From an uncultured bacterium (GTDB taxonomy: Bacteria; Babelota; Babeliae; Babelales; Babelaceae): a stretch of 64,000 nucleotides of DNA. How positions within the stretch are numbered: the first letter of the stretch is position 1; every line of letters starts with the position of its first letter. Below the pieces are notes generated by a model. That model was not told the origin of the DNA and did no database searches. It saw only the letters and a program-made list of their open reading frames with translations. Below are positions 41,020 through 51,924 of the stretch, one piece after another. The position numbers and the translations under genes are program-made. The stretch is taken from assembly GCA_963713855.1 (NCBI GenBank), contig OY970209.1, positions 1,344,001-1,408,000 of the forward strand, given 5' to 3'.

Positions 41020-41199
41020 TGACTAAGACGCTCCATTTTTATAGAAGAAAGATAAAGCCATTAAAAACTGCTATGCATTTTAGGAGCGCTGGTAAAGCAG
41101 AGGCAAAAATTCTTTAAAATTATTGCGATTTTAAATTAAAATTTATTATACTATGAAAGAGTGCGATTTTTCAAGGCAATGACCAGAAGGAAGATACCT

Positions 41200-41613
41200 A
41201 TGTTTCTAATAGCGACGACAAAAAAATTCCTAAATGCGTCTCTTTTTTTAGTTTTTTTAATTTGTGGTCAACTAACGTATTGCGCACTAGCGGTCTTTGA
41301 AATATGTGACCGAAGACATGATCAAGTTCTAGCGTTCAGAAAATGTGCTAGGGAAAATACTCAGCAAGAGTTTGGTCACGTTTCTGCGGCGTGTAAAAGT
41401 TGCTTAGACAATTCTTCTAATAAGGCCATGGCCTTATTATGTAAAGCTGTTTGTACAAAAAATAAAAATAACAGGTTATTTCTATCCTCATTAAAGCAAG
41501 AGATCGAAGACCAGCTAAAGAATAATAAAGATCAAGACGGCGATTATTCATTTCTTGAAACGTTACGCGACGAGATTAATCAATATCTTTTGAAGGTCAA
41601 CAAAGAACTCTAA
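41200..41613 (+). CDS. Secreted hypothetical protein
   Basis: RBS AAGGA; hydrophobic N-terminus; Cys-containing helical mature region. Confidence 0.65.
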   Translation: MFLIATTKKFLNASLFLVFLICGQLTYCALAVFEICDRRHDQVLAFRKCARENTQQEFGHVSAACKSCLDNSSNKAMALLCKAVCTKNKNNRLFLSSLKQEIEDQLKNNKDQDGDYSFLETLRDEINQYLLKVNKEL

Positions 41614-41699
41614 ACTATTAGTTAGATTTCTTTGCGGCTTTTCCTATCACCTTTAAGTCAAATCTTATGCGGCATTTTTAAGTTTCTGACCTTTTTCAT

Positions 41700-42983
41700 T
41701 TAAAAGAGGTGGAAACATCGGGCTTTAGCCCGATGAGGAAACCTCAAAGAAGCGTTTGTCAAAAGTTTAAAGTTGCACTACTATACGTTCTCAATGAGAA
41801 TGGAGATGATACAACTGACTCTTAAACTTCCGGTGTACGCTAGCTATAAGGTAGAGCAGGTTTTAAAAGAAACGATGCGAGAGTATACGGGCTCTTTTAA
41901 TCGGGTATGTAAGATAGGTTGGCAAGAAGCAAGGATTAATGGAGTAGAACTACATAAGAAGAGCTATAGGATAGAAAGGAAGGGAACGAATTTACCTTCG
42001 CAGCTAATATGCTCAGCCCGAGTAAAAGGAACAGAAAGCGCTACAGTCAGCTCGTGCTCTTATTAATAAGAAGAAGAAAGCATCTCTTCCACAATCTAAC
42101 TCGTGTTCCATCCGTTATGATGCTGGCAGCAGCACTATTGATCTTACACAAGATAGAGTGACTCTTGCAACTATAGAAAAGAGGCAAGAAATTGCGATAA
42201 GGGTACCAGAATATCATAAAGACAAGATAAGCTGGAAGGTCTGCTCTGCTGATCTTTGCCAAGATAAAAACAAGCGATTATTCTTGCATGTTGTCGTTGA
42301 GAAAGAAGCGGCAATATTTAAAGAAAATGGGAAAGCAATAGGCGTGGATCTTGGCATAGCAAGGCCCGCCGTTACGAGCAACAATCAGTTTTTGGGTAGT
42401 TGCACGTGGAAGGAAGTAAATAAGAGAAATTTTGAATTTAGAAAGAAATTGCAAGCGAAAGGCACTAAGTCGGCTAAGCGGCACTTAAAGAAGCTTAGTG
42501 GAAAAGAGAACCGTTTCCGCACCAACTGCGATCATATTCTTGCTCGAGATATTGTTTCTATTGCTGATCAAGGTACTGTTATTGTACTTGAAGATCTGAC
42601 TCATATACGTTCCCGCACAAAGGGGAAAAGGGAGTTCAACCGGCGAATGCATTCTTGGAGCTTCTCTAGATTGGCTTCTTTTATCAGCTATAAAGCCCAA
42701 ATGAAGGGAGCCCTTGTGACTTATATCGACCCAAGGCACACAAGCCAAGAGTGTTCTCAATGTGGGTATAAAGATAGAAAGAATCGTAAGACGCAATCAT
42801 GGTTTAGCTGTAAGAAATGCTTTTTCGAAATGAATGCAGATTTGAATGCAGCAAAGAATATAAGAGCAAGATATCAGGCCAGAAAGGCTATAGGCGTTCC
42901 TGGGCGGGCTTCAGTCAATGAGCCTATAGTAGCAAACATAGGTTTAGCTGCAAGCGGCGGCCTTTAGGCAGCTCGTTGTTGAC
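41700..42983 (+). mobile_element. IS200/IS605-family element carrying tnpB only (IS1341-type)
   Basis: Left hairpin CATCGGGC-TTTA-GCCCGATG preceded by GAAA; right hairpin around GCC-TTTA-GGC preceded by CAAG, ending GTTGTTGAC; target TCAT at 41696-41699; no tnpA. Confidence 0.88.
41794..42967 (+). pseudogene. tnpB: RNA-guided endonuclease TnpB with a single +1 frameshift
   Basis: RuvC GVDLG, LEDL and NADLNAAKNI plus Zn finger CSQC..CKKC; removing one A at 42035-42037 gives a continuous 390-aa ORF. Confidence 0.92.
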
Positions 42984-44103
42984 TCATAAATAGCTTACAA
43001 GAAAGAAAGTCCATAAGAAAACTGGCCAAAGAGCTGGCTGCACTAGAAGGTACTGGACACACTGTCCTAAACATGGTAACGCTATGGCCTCCGTAATTGA
43101 CCGTAGCTATATATTCTCCTGACGGAGAATAAGCAATTCCATCCGGACTGCTCGTACCTTCAAAGTTCTCGCCCTCACTCAATTGTCCACTGGGTCCGAC
43201 CTTAAATATAGTAATATTATGTGAGTTCATATTAGCTATAGCTAAATACTTTCCTGAGGGCGCAAATGCTAAGGAAGAGGGAAAAGAAGAGCCGGATGGC
43301 AAAGCATATGATGTTGTGCCGCTTAACTGGCCGTCTGGTCCTACGTTAAATATTGTTACATCATTTGACGAGTAATTAACAGTAGCTAAAGAATCCCCTG
43401 AGGGAGAAAATTGAAGTGAAATCGGATTACTCGATCCTGGAGGTAAAGCATACGACCTTCCTTGACTTAAGATTCCGCCCGATACTGTAAATAGTGCGAT
43501 AGTTGAGTTGTAATTTGATATAGCAAGAGAATTACCAGAAGGAGAAAATGCTATTGATTGAGGTAATGAGGAGCCAGCGGGTAAAGGATACGATCCTTCC
43601 TTGCTCAATATGCCATCCGATCCCATCTCGTACATGGTTACATTATTGATGTCAATGTTATTAAGCTTGGTAACGACAGCCAAATAATTACCCGAAGGAG
43701 AAATGGCTATGGATCGCACTTGATATCCGTCGGGCATGCTATAAGATTTTCCGTTACTTAATGCCCCATTTTCATTGACGCTAAATACCGTTACATTACT
43801 CGCTAGATTAGCAGTTACAAGATAATTACCATTCGGTGAAAATTTTACTTGAAAAGGACCTGAAAATTCGCTTCCGGGTAACGGATAGGAAACTCCACGT
43901 AATTCTCCATTAGTTCCCACGCCAAACATAGTCACATCATTTGATGATTCATTTGCTGTAGCCAAGTAATTACCAGACGGTGAGAACATAACAGATCGAG
44001 GAAACTCAGAGCCAGAAGGCAACTGATAAGACGTTACAGCGCACATGGCCATCAATACCTGTACAATTGCTATCATTATACTTCCTTTTATTAAACGCTT
44101 CAA
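42964..44103 (-). CDS. Secreted 7-bladed beta-propeller (lactonase-like repeat) protein, C-terminus supplied by the IS end
   Basis: About 46-aa repeats SYxLPxGSxxPxSxxFSPSGxYLAxxN; last codons SQQRAA* lie inside the IS right end. Confidence 0.9.
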   Translation of the reverse strand: MKRLIKGSIMIAIVQVLMAMCAVTSYQLPSGSEFPRSVMFSPSGNYLATANESSNDVTMFGVGTNGELRGVSYPLPGSEFSGPFQVKFSPNGNYLVTANLASNVTVFSVNENGALSNGKSYSMPDGYQVRSIAISPSGNYLAVVTKLNNIDINNVTMYEMGSDGILSKEGSYPLPAGSSLPQSIAFSPSGNSLAISNYNSTIALFTVSGGILSQGRSYALPPGSSNPISLQFSPSGDSLATVNYSSNDVTIFNVGPDGQLSGTTSYALPSGSSFPSSLAFAPSGKYLAIANMNSHNITIFKVGPSGQLSEGENFEGTSSPDGIAYSPSGEYIATVNYGGHSVTMFRTVCPVPSSAASSLASFLMDFLSCKLFMSQQRAA

Positions 44104-44211
44104 AGCAAAATACGATAGAGAGCATCTCGTTTTCGCGAAAGCGTAGCATTTTCTCCTGTATCACTCAAGCAAAAAAATAAAGAATATAAAAATCTCTCAA
44201 AATGATGGCTA

Positions 44212-45117
44212 TTAGGTTTTATAGCGTGAAAACCAAGAAAGCACATTTTGGTGCACCTCATCACGGTACTGGAATAAGCTATGATCACCTTCTGGAAAGA
44301 TAATAAGCTTAAACGTTTTGTGGGCTTTCTCAAGTTTTCTTGCAAGCTCTTGAGACTGACTTACATCAATAACCGCATCTTTCGCTCCATGCATCAAAAG
44401 CAATGGCACATTAATCGCGTCCGCCCAACAAACAGCTGATCGCTTTTTATACTGATGATCTTTATCTTGTGGCATGTTTGGCATCATGCTCTCAAAAAGA
44501 GGTATAAGGTCAGGCCGCAACTGCTCAAGGGAAAAATAATCGGTAACACAGCCACTGACCGCCGCTGCACGCACAGGTATTTTTTGGTAAAGTGCCATAC
44601 ATGCCATCATGCCGCCGCGAGAAATACCAAACAAAAAAACATTCTCTAGATCTATATACTCAATCGACTGAGCAACATTCATTAGGTTTAAAACATCATG
44701 AACATCAGATCCACCAAGTTCGTCTTTTCCTTGGCCTCCATCATTACCACGATACTGCGATGCAAGAACAATGTACCCCTGAGTAGCCAAGAAGTACATG
44801 TTATTCATAATGCTCATAACAGTAATTCTACCGTCATTATGACTGCCGCCTCTACAGTAAATTACTGCCGAAATCTGCTTGTGTTCAGGAATCTGCGCGG
44901 GCTCTACGATAAAACCCGTAACTTTAAGACCGTCACTCATATACGTTATTTTAAAACAGCGCACATCAGTACTTTGACTATACCTTGTAAGAGCAGTTTC
45001 ATAGAAAGACCGCTTATCTTGGGATATATGCGCGTCATTAAGCGAGTCAAATGGTTCGGGGATAAATGGCTCTTTATTTACTATTGTGCCGTTACTTTTA
45101 GAAAGTGTTGTTTTCAT
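44212..45117 (-). CDS. S9 prolyl-oligopeptidase-family alpha/beta hydrolase
   Basis: YCRGG, SQYRG, GISRGG nucleophile, HGAKD, GDH. Confidence 0.9.
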   Translation of the reverse strand: MKTTLSKSNGTIVNKEPFIPEPFDSLNDAHISQDKRSFYETALTRYSQSTDVRCFKITYMSDGLKVTGFIVEPAQIPEHKQISAVIYCRGGSHNDGRITVMSIMNNMYFLATQGYIVLASQYRGNDGGQGKDELGGSDVHDVLNLMNVAQSIEYIDLENVFLFGISRGGMMACMALYQKIPVRAAAVSGCVTDYFSLEQLRPDLIPLFESMMPNMPQDKDHQYKKRSAVCWADAINVPLLLMHGAKDAVIDVSQSQELARKLEKAHKTFKLIIFPEGDHSLFQYRDEVHQNVLSWFSRYKT

Positions 45118-45214
45118 GGCTATCCAGTCGATCAAATTAGAAGCGCCTTGGATAAGTATAATTCTTTATTAAAACTAAGAAAGCCATCCCTTATTTGTAG
45201 AAATTAGGCATACC

Positions 45215-46708
45215 ATGTATTATGAAATAAAACACTTATACGATACCTCCATGCGCTTTATAACTTTCTTTTACTTAGTTATGTTCATGAATTCTTCTAT
45301 AGTAGCAAACAATCATGAGCCTCGCATCGCTATCATCGGTGCTGGACTTGCAGGATTAACTACCGCTTACCGTCTCAATCAACATGGTTTTCATGTTGAC
45401 GTCTATGAAGCTCGAAATCGAGTTGGTGGGCGCGTTTTTACAGCAACTATCAATGGCAAAATAGCAGAGCTTGGTGGACAGAATATAAGAGATGGCGGCG
45501 ATGCTACCTGCCTTTTAAGCTTAGTCAATGAACTTAAGCTAGAGTTTATCGAATCTTCATTTCCCTTCACTAGACAATATTTTAAGGATGGTACCTTTAC
45601 CTCAGAACATACATACTTTAAAGAGTGTACATTTGATGCCAAAACGCTCGGTGATCACCTTAAAACACTCGCTTTGAAGTCAAAAAATATGAAGGACGTT
45701 TTATTGGGAGTATGTAATGAAGGTGATGAGATTTATAAAATCTTAAATACCCGACTTGCTGGCTATGAGGGTAACGTGGCTGAAAAATTATCAGTAATCT
45801 ACATAGATACGCTTTACCACATGCTTTTGGGCGGCTCGAGCGCTGCTCACCCAAACAGCAGTATCGCCTATAAAGAGCTTGTTATCAAAGGAGGAAATGG
45901 ACTTTTGCCTGAAAGACTAGCAAAAGAGCTAGGTAAGCATGTGCACTTACGTATGCCGCTTAAAAAAATTTCTAAAAATGGTGATGGCTCATTTATCCTT
46001 ATCTTTAATGATGGACATGAGGTTACTGCCAACATACTCGTCTTAGCTATACCGGCATCTGTTTTTAAAGATATTACGTTCGAGCATGGGGTAATCCCTC
46101 AAAATCAGCTTGAGGCTATACAAAAGATTGAATACGGAGCTAACGCCAAAATTTTAGTGCCAGTAACGTGTACTTTAAAAAATAAAGGCCCCTTTTTAAA
46201 CGAGTGTATGGGAGCATTTCCTACTGCTGATGGTTCTCTTATCACCCTTTACTATAGAAGTGAAGATGCCTATTTTTTGCCACATATCACAGACACCTAT
46301 CTTAAAGCAAAAGATCTGCTCGAAGCTGGTTTAACTCCGAAGTGCCTGCCAAAGAAGTTGCCGGTAACTGCCCGTGACGAATCTTTCGCCTCTTATAATG
46401 GACCTGTTGGTCATAGTTGGCCAAACGATCCTTATGCACGCGGCTCTTATCTTTATATAGCGCCGGGACAAGAAACGTTATTAACAGAACTTTCCCAATA
46501 CGAGGGAGAATCGATAAAAACTCTTTTTACTCCTGTCGATAAAAGGCTCTTTTTAGCAGGGGACCATACATCAACGTTAATGGATGTGCCCGGAACGATG
46601 GAAGCAGCTTGCCAATCAGGTGAATCAACCGCGCGAATAATATCAAGGATTCTTAAAATCTGGCCTTTTGATAAACAAAGAACAACAAACTCTGATATTG
46701 TAGTCTAA
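45215..46708 (+). CDS. Flavin monoamine oxidase family protein
   Basis: GAGLAG, EARNRVGGR, ELGGQ, WPNDPYARGSY, AGDHT..GTMEAACQSG. Confidence 0.92.
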   Translation: MYYEIKHLYDTSMRFITFFYLVMFMNSSIVANNHEPRIAIIGAGLAGLTTAYRLNQHGFHVDVYEARNRVGGRVFTATINGKIAELGGQNIRDGGDATCLLSLVNELKLEFIESSFPFTRQYFKDGTFTSEHTYFKECTFDAKTLGDHLKTLALKSKNMKDVLLGVCNEGDEIYKILNTRLAGYEGNVAEKLSVIYIDTLYHMLLGGSSAAHPNSSIAYKELVIKGGNGLLPERLAKELGKHVHLRMPLKKISKNGDGSFILIFNDGHEVTANILVLAIPASVFKDITFEHGVIPQNQLEAIQKIEYGANAKILVPVTCTLKNKGPFLNECMGAFPTADGSLITLYYRSEDAYFLPHITDTYLKAKDLLEAGLTPKCLPKKLPVTARDESFASYNGPVGHSWPNDPYARGSYLYIAPGQETLLTELSQYEGESIKTLFTPVDKRLFLAGDHTSTLMDVPGTMEAACQSGESTARIISRILKIWPFDKQRTTNSDIVV

Positions 46709-46728
46709 TTAAGCAATCCAAGGTAAAC

Positions 46729-47790
46729 ATGAAATTAATCAAAACCTTTTTACCAACGTTTATCATAGGTATAGCTTTTTGGACGTGCTCAAATGAACCG
46801 CATGAAGTCGAGCTTGCTCAAAAGATTAACGAGGCTATACGCAAATATAGCGATTTTAGCGGAGCTGTACTTGTCGCAAAAAAAGGGGAAATTGTTTTAA
46901 GTAAGGGTTATGGTTTTGCTGATTATGAGCACAAAATACCAAATACTAATAAGACTGCATTCCCAATAGCTTCTTTGACAAAATCATTTACAGCTCTTCC
47001 CATTATGCAACTTCAAGAAAGAAAATTACTAAACGTCAACGATTCCGTGTCTATCTTTATAGCCAACTACCCCGCCGGCAAGACAATGACGATTCATCAT
47101 CTCTTAACCCACACTTCAGGAATACCAAATTATTATGCTCATTTTTCGGATATAGCCGATTGCTCTAATCTTAAAGATATGATTGAAAAAGTTAAAAACT
47201 GGCCACTTTCATTCGAGCCAGGAAGTCAGTTTTGTTATTCTAACACCGGCTACTTACTGCTTGCCTATATTATAGAAAAGGTCTCAGGCATGACTTACGG
47301 AGCTTTTTTGTCAGAAAACATCTTTAAGCCCATGGGTATGTATAAAACAGGTAGTGAGCCTGCTGAAATAGAAACCCGTGCTTCTGGCTATGTAAAAGAG
47401 GCCCTCGAGCTTAAAAAATGTCCTCATCCTTTTGCTCCTCTTACACTTTTAGGCAATGGAGATTTGCATTCTTGCCTTGAGGATATGTTCTTGTGGGACA
47501 GAGCGCTTGACGAACAAAAGCTTATTACGCATGCATCAATGCTTTACATGATAAAACCCCACGTCTTAATGAAAGATTATTCTACACGTGGTCACGCTTA
47601 CGGCTGGTTCATAGATGATTACAAAGGCAGCAAAATAGTAGAGTATAGCGGCAGCTTAAGAGGTTTTTTGGCTAAGCATATAAAGTTCATCGATGATAAA
47701 ATCACCATCATTGTACTGAGTAATGTAGAAGGTGTTGAGTGCTTTGACTTATTATGTAAGGACCTATACAGCATTGTTAAAACTGTTTAG
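46729..47790 (+). CDS. Serine hydrolase, class C beta-lactamase/esterase-like family
   Basis: ASLTK (SxxK), LLTHTSG, YSN; signal peptide. Confidence 0.92.
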   Translation: MKLIKTFLPTFIIGIAFWTCSNEPHEVELAQKINEAIRKYSDFSGAVLVAKKGEIVLSKGYGFADYEHKIPNTNKTAFPIASLTKSFTALPIMQLQERKLLNVNDSVSIFIANYPAGKTMTIHHLLTHTSGIPNYYAHFSDIADCSNLKDMIEKVKNWPLSFEPGSQFCYSNTGYLLLAYIIEKVSGMTYGAFLSENIFKPMGMYKTGSEPAEIETRASGYVKEALELKKCPHPFAPLTLLGNGDLHSCLEDMFLWDRALDEQKLITHASMLYMIKPHVLMKDYSTRGHAYGWFIDDYKGSKIVEYSGSLRGFLAKHIKFIDDKITIIVLSNVEGVECFDLLCKDLYSIVKTV

Positions 47791-48490
47791 CTTCATTAAA
47801 TCATGGTAACCTAACATTTCACACGTTTTGCTAAGCTTATTCAAGCAAGCATATTTTACTCTCTTAAATAGCTTATTGAAAGATCGATTTTTACGAAGAA
47901 CTATTTATCTGTTAATTTACGCATTCTTGAACGTTCGATCCCTTTTAGTTTCTGGTCAACTTCGATTAACCTTTTTGCAGCGGAAAAGCTATTTGAACAA
48001 AAAAGATAACTCCTATTTGAGCATGGATAAGCCACCTCGCGCACGAGGCGGCTAGCAAAGGCGATGTATGGACGTTTCTAAAAAATCACCCTTCTTCGGC
48101 TGAAAGAGCTCTCTACTTAACCGGCTTTTTAAAAAGTCACGGTATCGACGTGAATAAAGCATTAGAAGAATGGGAAACTGAGGGTACGTGTTTTCCCCTG
48201 GACAATGAGTAAAAGAGATCATCGCAATGGTCACGCTATTTGACATCAATCAAATAACCGGGTAATCTGTTTATTGCGATTTGATTGATTATTGAGAGCA
48301 AAGCAGTGTCTATTTCATCTAAAAATACTCTTCTTATTACTTCTTATATCGAATTTCTTTTATTCAGCCTTTTCAAAATGATCATGGGCTAGCAGCCCAC
48401 ATCCCCTTTTTTATTTTTCTAAAACCGATTCCGATTTTGCGCACTAAGCGCATATTGTTTTAACTATAAACTCCTCTGAGGTTATTGCAT

Positions 48491-48829
48491 ATGAACATTT
48501 CCTCTATTATTGCAAAATATGACATGAAAGAGATCGATAAGCAGTTAGGCGAAAAGTATTGGAGCCCGATTGATGTTGCAGTCGTTGGCAATTGGATATT
48601 GAGAGCCGCCGCAATCAAAGGAGAATTTCATTGGCACTCACATAAGACCGATGAATTATTTTTTATTTATAAAGGATTTGTAACAATCGACACAAAGCAG
48701 GGACCTATTGAACTTGGCGAAGGTCAAGGCACCGTTATTCCTGCAGGTATTGAGCACAGGCCACGCGCTCAAAAAAGGGCAGTCATTCTTTTTTTAGATC
48801 AAGCAGATACAAAAGTTAAAGGAGATTAA
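48491..48829 (+). CDS. Cupin domain protein
   Basis: GEFHWHSHKTDELF, IPAGIEHRP. Confidence 0.9.
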   Translation: MNISSIIAKYDMKEIDKQLGEKYWSPIDVAVVGNWILRAAAIKGEFHWHSHKTDELFFIYKGFVTIDTKQGPIELGEGQGTVIPAGIEHRPRAQKRAVILFLDQADTKVKGD

Positions 48830-48833
48830 ATCG

Positions 48834-49665
48834 ATGACTATCGTAAAACCAAAATTATTACTACTCAGTTTAGCGGTGCTGCTTGTTCCGCTTATAACGG
48901 CACAAGTATATGTACAATCGAGCAAAAAGCCAGTCTTTGCTATCTTAACAGACTTTGGTTTAGATTTTGCAGTAGCATCTATGAAAGGGCTTTTACTGAG
49001 CTCATTGCCAGAAGCGTCTATTATAGATTTTGATCACTCCTTAAACAAATTTAGTGTCTTAAGCGCATCTTTTATTCTTGAAAAAACCTATCACTATTTT
49101 CCCATGCGGCACTATTTTTCTTTGTGTCGTTGATCCGGGAGTTGGCACGCAAAGGGACGCCCTTTGCCTTGAAATCGATTCATATGTCTTTTTTGGCCCC
49201 AATAATGGGCTTTTTAACGCGCTTTCAAAAGCACATCCAGGCTGTAAAATCTATCGTATTGATGAGCACGTAATAAAACCTACTTCAACAACTTTTCATG
49301 GAAGAGACCTCTTTGTTCCCGCTGCAATTGCTTACGTGCAAGGAAGGAAAAATTTCTTACAGGAGATAAGTGCTAATGAGCTTTCTCATATCGCGCATTC
49401 ATATTCAGATTATATTGCATACATCGATAGCTTTGGCAATATTAAAACGACCATAAAAGTTGATACAAAACTTCCCGATACCGTTACTCTTTTGATTCAA
49501 AATAAAGAATACGCAGTACCTTTTGTAAAAACCTTTGGTAACGTTGAGCCCGATAAACTCCTATGCTACAAAGGAAGCAATGGAACGCTTGAAATAGCGG
49601 TTAATCGAGGATCGGCAAAAAGCTATTTGAACGCAGAAATTGGTAACGAGGTAAAACTACTCTAA
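48834..49665 (+). pseudogene. SAM hydroxide adenosyltransferase / SAM-dependent halogenase family (DUF62) with a +1 frameshift
   Basis: LTDFG in ORF 1; VVDPGVG, GPNNG, TFHGRDLF, DSFGN, EIAVN in ORF 2; removing one C at 49101-49103 joins YFP-CGTIF. Confidence 0.88.
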
Positions 49666-49675
49666 AAGCTCGGCC

Positions 49676-49698
49676 GGGCTTGTCATACGGACAAGCCC
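49676..49698. terminator. Hairpin between convergent genes
   Basis: GGGCTTGTC-ATACG-GACAAGCCC. Confidence 0.55.
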
Positions 49699-49830
49699 GC
49701 CTACGCCTGCTTATTTTATTTTAACTCTTGTTTTTGAGGTTTCTTTGCATGAAAATGCGCTTGCAGAATGAGCATGAGCACTTTTATTTTTTACTCTTCA
49801 GAAGAATAAAATAATTTCCTCGAGAAAGCG

Positions 49831-50595
49831 TCAATTGGACGCGTAATGCCTTTCTAAATACTCAAGACGGCCTTGCATAATACTTCGGTAGTCTTCTGGA
49901 AAGACATTTAGCAGTGCTTGTCTCTTTTTTAGAATCTCAGTAACTTGCCGCTCAATCTCTGCCCGCTTTATTGAGCCAAAGACTGTACCAGCTGAATAAT
50001 TCCTATCTTCGTCACGCATCGTATCGATTTCTGTAACCTGTGGCGACCAGGCTCTTCCTTTAAGAGCTCCCTGAGCTCTGTACATAAGCCCCGAACCATT
50101 ATCAACGCGCCATGGTCGATTTTGCTTATCAATAACGATATTGTCAAAATTAAGCCCGATAACGTCCCAATTTGCTAAGAGAGCATCTGCAACAAAGTGT
50201 TCTTGCAGCTTTTTAAACATCTCGCTCTTTTTCTTTGGTGTCGCACTTTCTAGAAATCGATCGAGCGTGATACCCGAAATAAACGTGCTGAGCATATAAA
50301 GCCTGTCATCATGCCAATATAACCTAACTTCCGGCACGGGTACGCCTAAAACCTCATAAGCTTTATTCGTATAGTACTCGTTAAGAATATGGCCGATAGT
50401 TTTGCCCGCTTTTTCAACAAAGGGAATTCCATTATATTCGACACGATACGCTCCGGTACTGCCACCAAGTGGAATTGTCGACGTACCCAAAGAACTCATT
50501 TCAGGCGGAAAGAGTGAAGTTTCGCGAACCATCTGTGCCTGTAGCTGAAAGAACGTCACAACAGACACTAAAATTAAGTACTTAACATATTTCAT
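49831..50595 (-). CDS. Secreted atypical kinase-like protein (HipA/CtkA/PI3-PI4 kinase-like fold)
   Basis: Signal peptide; Gly loop LGGSTGAY, VEK, NEY, LANWDVIG..DN, RVDNG. Confidence 0.7.
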   Translation of the reverse strand: MKYVKYLILVSVVTFFQLQAQMVRETSLFPPEMSSLGTSTIPLGGSTGAYRVEYNGIPFVEKAGKTIGHILNEYYTNKAYEVLGVPVPEVRLYWHDDRLYMLSTFISGITLDRFLESATPKKKSEMFKKLQEHFVADALLANWDVIGLNFDNIVIDKQNRPWRVDNGSGLMYRAQGALKGRAWSPQVTEIDTMRDEDRNYSAGTVFGSIKRAEIERQVTEILKKRQALLNVFPEDYRSIMQGRLEYLERHYASN

Positions 50596-50762
50596 GATAT
50601 GCCTTCTGAATGATTAAACTAGTATTGTTATAATCATTTTATCATAAATTATATTCAAACTGCAATCTTAAAAACGTACGCGTAGACTAAAGCCTCTTAG
50701 GAGTTAGTAGAGCAGTTCCCGTTTTGGTAGAGTAAGTGAATGTGTTTTTTGTATGGAGTTAT

Positions 50763-51924
50763 ATGTCTAAGCTATCTATCGCTCACGCTTTAATTATTTT
50801 GACATTGTTTTCTGGCCTTGAAGGGCAAGAAGAATCAAGTCAAGACTCGATTAAATTAAGATGGGGAATTTTATCAACTGCCGCTTTTGGACACGTTTTT
50901 TTAAATGCCTTAAAAAAATGCACAACATAGCACAGTGACGGCTATAGCAAGTAGAAGAAAAGACAAAGCTCAAGCTCACGCTCATAAACATGGCATACCT
51001 AAAGCGTACGGAAGCTATGAAGATTTACTAAAAGACCCAGATATCGATGTCATTTTTATTCCTCTACCCAACAGTATGCACGCTGAATGGACAATTAAAG
51101 CCGCTCAAGCGAAAAAACATGTTTTGTGTGAAAAGCCAATGGCCATGAGCCCGGATGAGATAGAAGCAATCCAAAAAGCAGCAACTGAAAACAATGTGAT
51201 AACCTTTGAAGGTCTTGCGTACCTGCACCATCCACAAACGTTAAAGGTAAAAGAGCTTATTGCAGCAGGTGCTATAGGAAACATCCAATATATTAACGCA
51301 TGGCTTTTTGCGTACAAGATGGCTTCTGAAAATCAAGATGATATACGGTTAAGTACAAGTTTAGGTGGAGGTTGTATTTGGGATCTTGGTATTTACACTG
51401 TCAGTATGATTATAAGTCTTCTAGAAGATGCCTTACCGACTGAAGTTCAAGCGATAAAAGTGGCCGAAAAAAATGGTGTTGAAACTTTAGCAACGGCGCA
51501 GTTTAGCTTTAAAGATGGAATTTTAGCGCAAATGTCCTGTGGATTTACGACACCTTATCAAGAAGGTGTGCTTATTATAGGAACTCGCGGCTCTATCTTC
51601 ATACAAGATCCCTGGAGGCCAGGACGACACGGAAAACCATCTTCGATAATTTTGACTGATAGCAGAGACGAAAAAGAATTTGGATTTAAACCGAATGAGT
51701 TTATTCCCGAAGGGCAAAGTCAAAACACCTATACATTTTCGGCGGTAAATCCTTACCTGTACGAAATTGAAGCAATGGAAAAAAGTGTTCTTGAAGGTGC
51801 TCAACCAATATTGTCTTTAAAGTCTAGCAAAGCTTTTACCCAATGCATTGTAGCCATAAATCAAGCAGCTGAAAAGAATGCTGTCGTTAAACTGCCAATC
51901 AGCAACCTAAGGGACGAACTGTAA
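50763..51924 (+). pseudogene. Gfo/Idh/MocA oxidoreductase with a +1 frameshift in an A7 run
   Basis: LRWGILST in ORF 1; AIASR, HVLCEKP, GGGCIWDLGIY in ORF 2; A6 instead of A7 at 50912-50918 gives ALKNAQHSTVTAIASR. Confidence 0.88.

Noticed and set aside
41794..42967. Cas12f/Cas14 CRISPR effector
   Set aside because: No array or cas1/cas2; the gene is bounded by IS605-type hairpin ends
41696..42987. TCAT on both IS flanks as a target-site duplication
   Set aside because: IS200/IS605 elements do not make duplications, and the guide-pairing rule explains both ends without one
47800..48400. Gene in the gap after the serine hydrolase (ORFs 47828-48055 and 48052-48249)
   Set aside because: Several short broken frames with no recognisable motif; possibly a decayed gene, but not supportable
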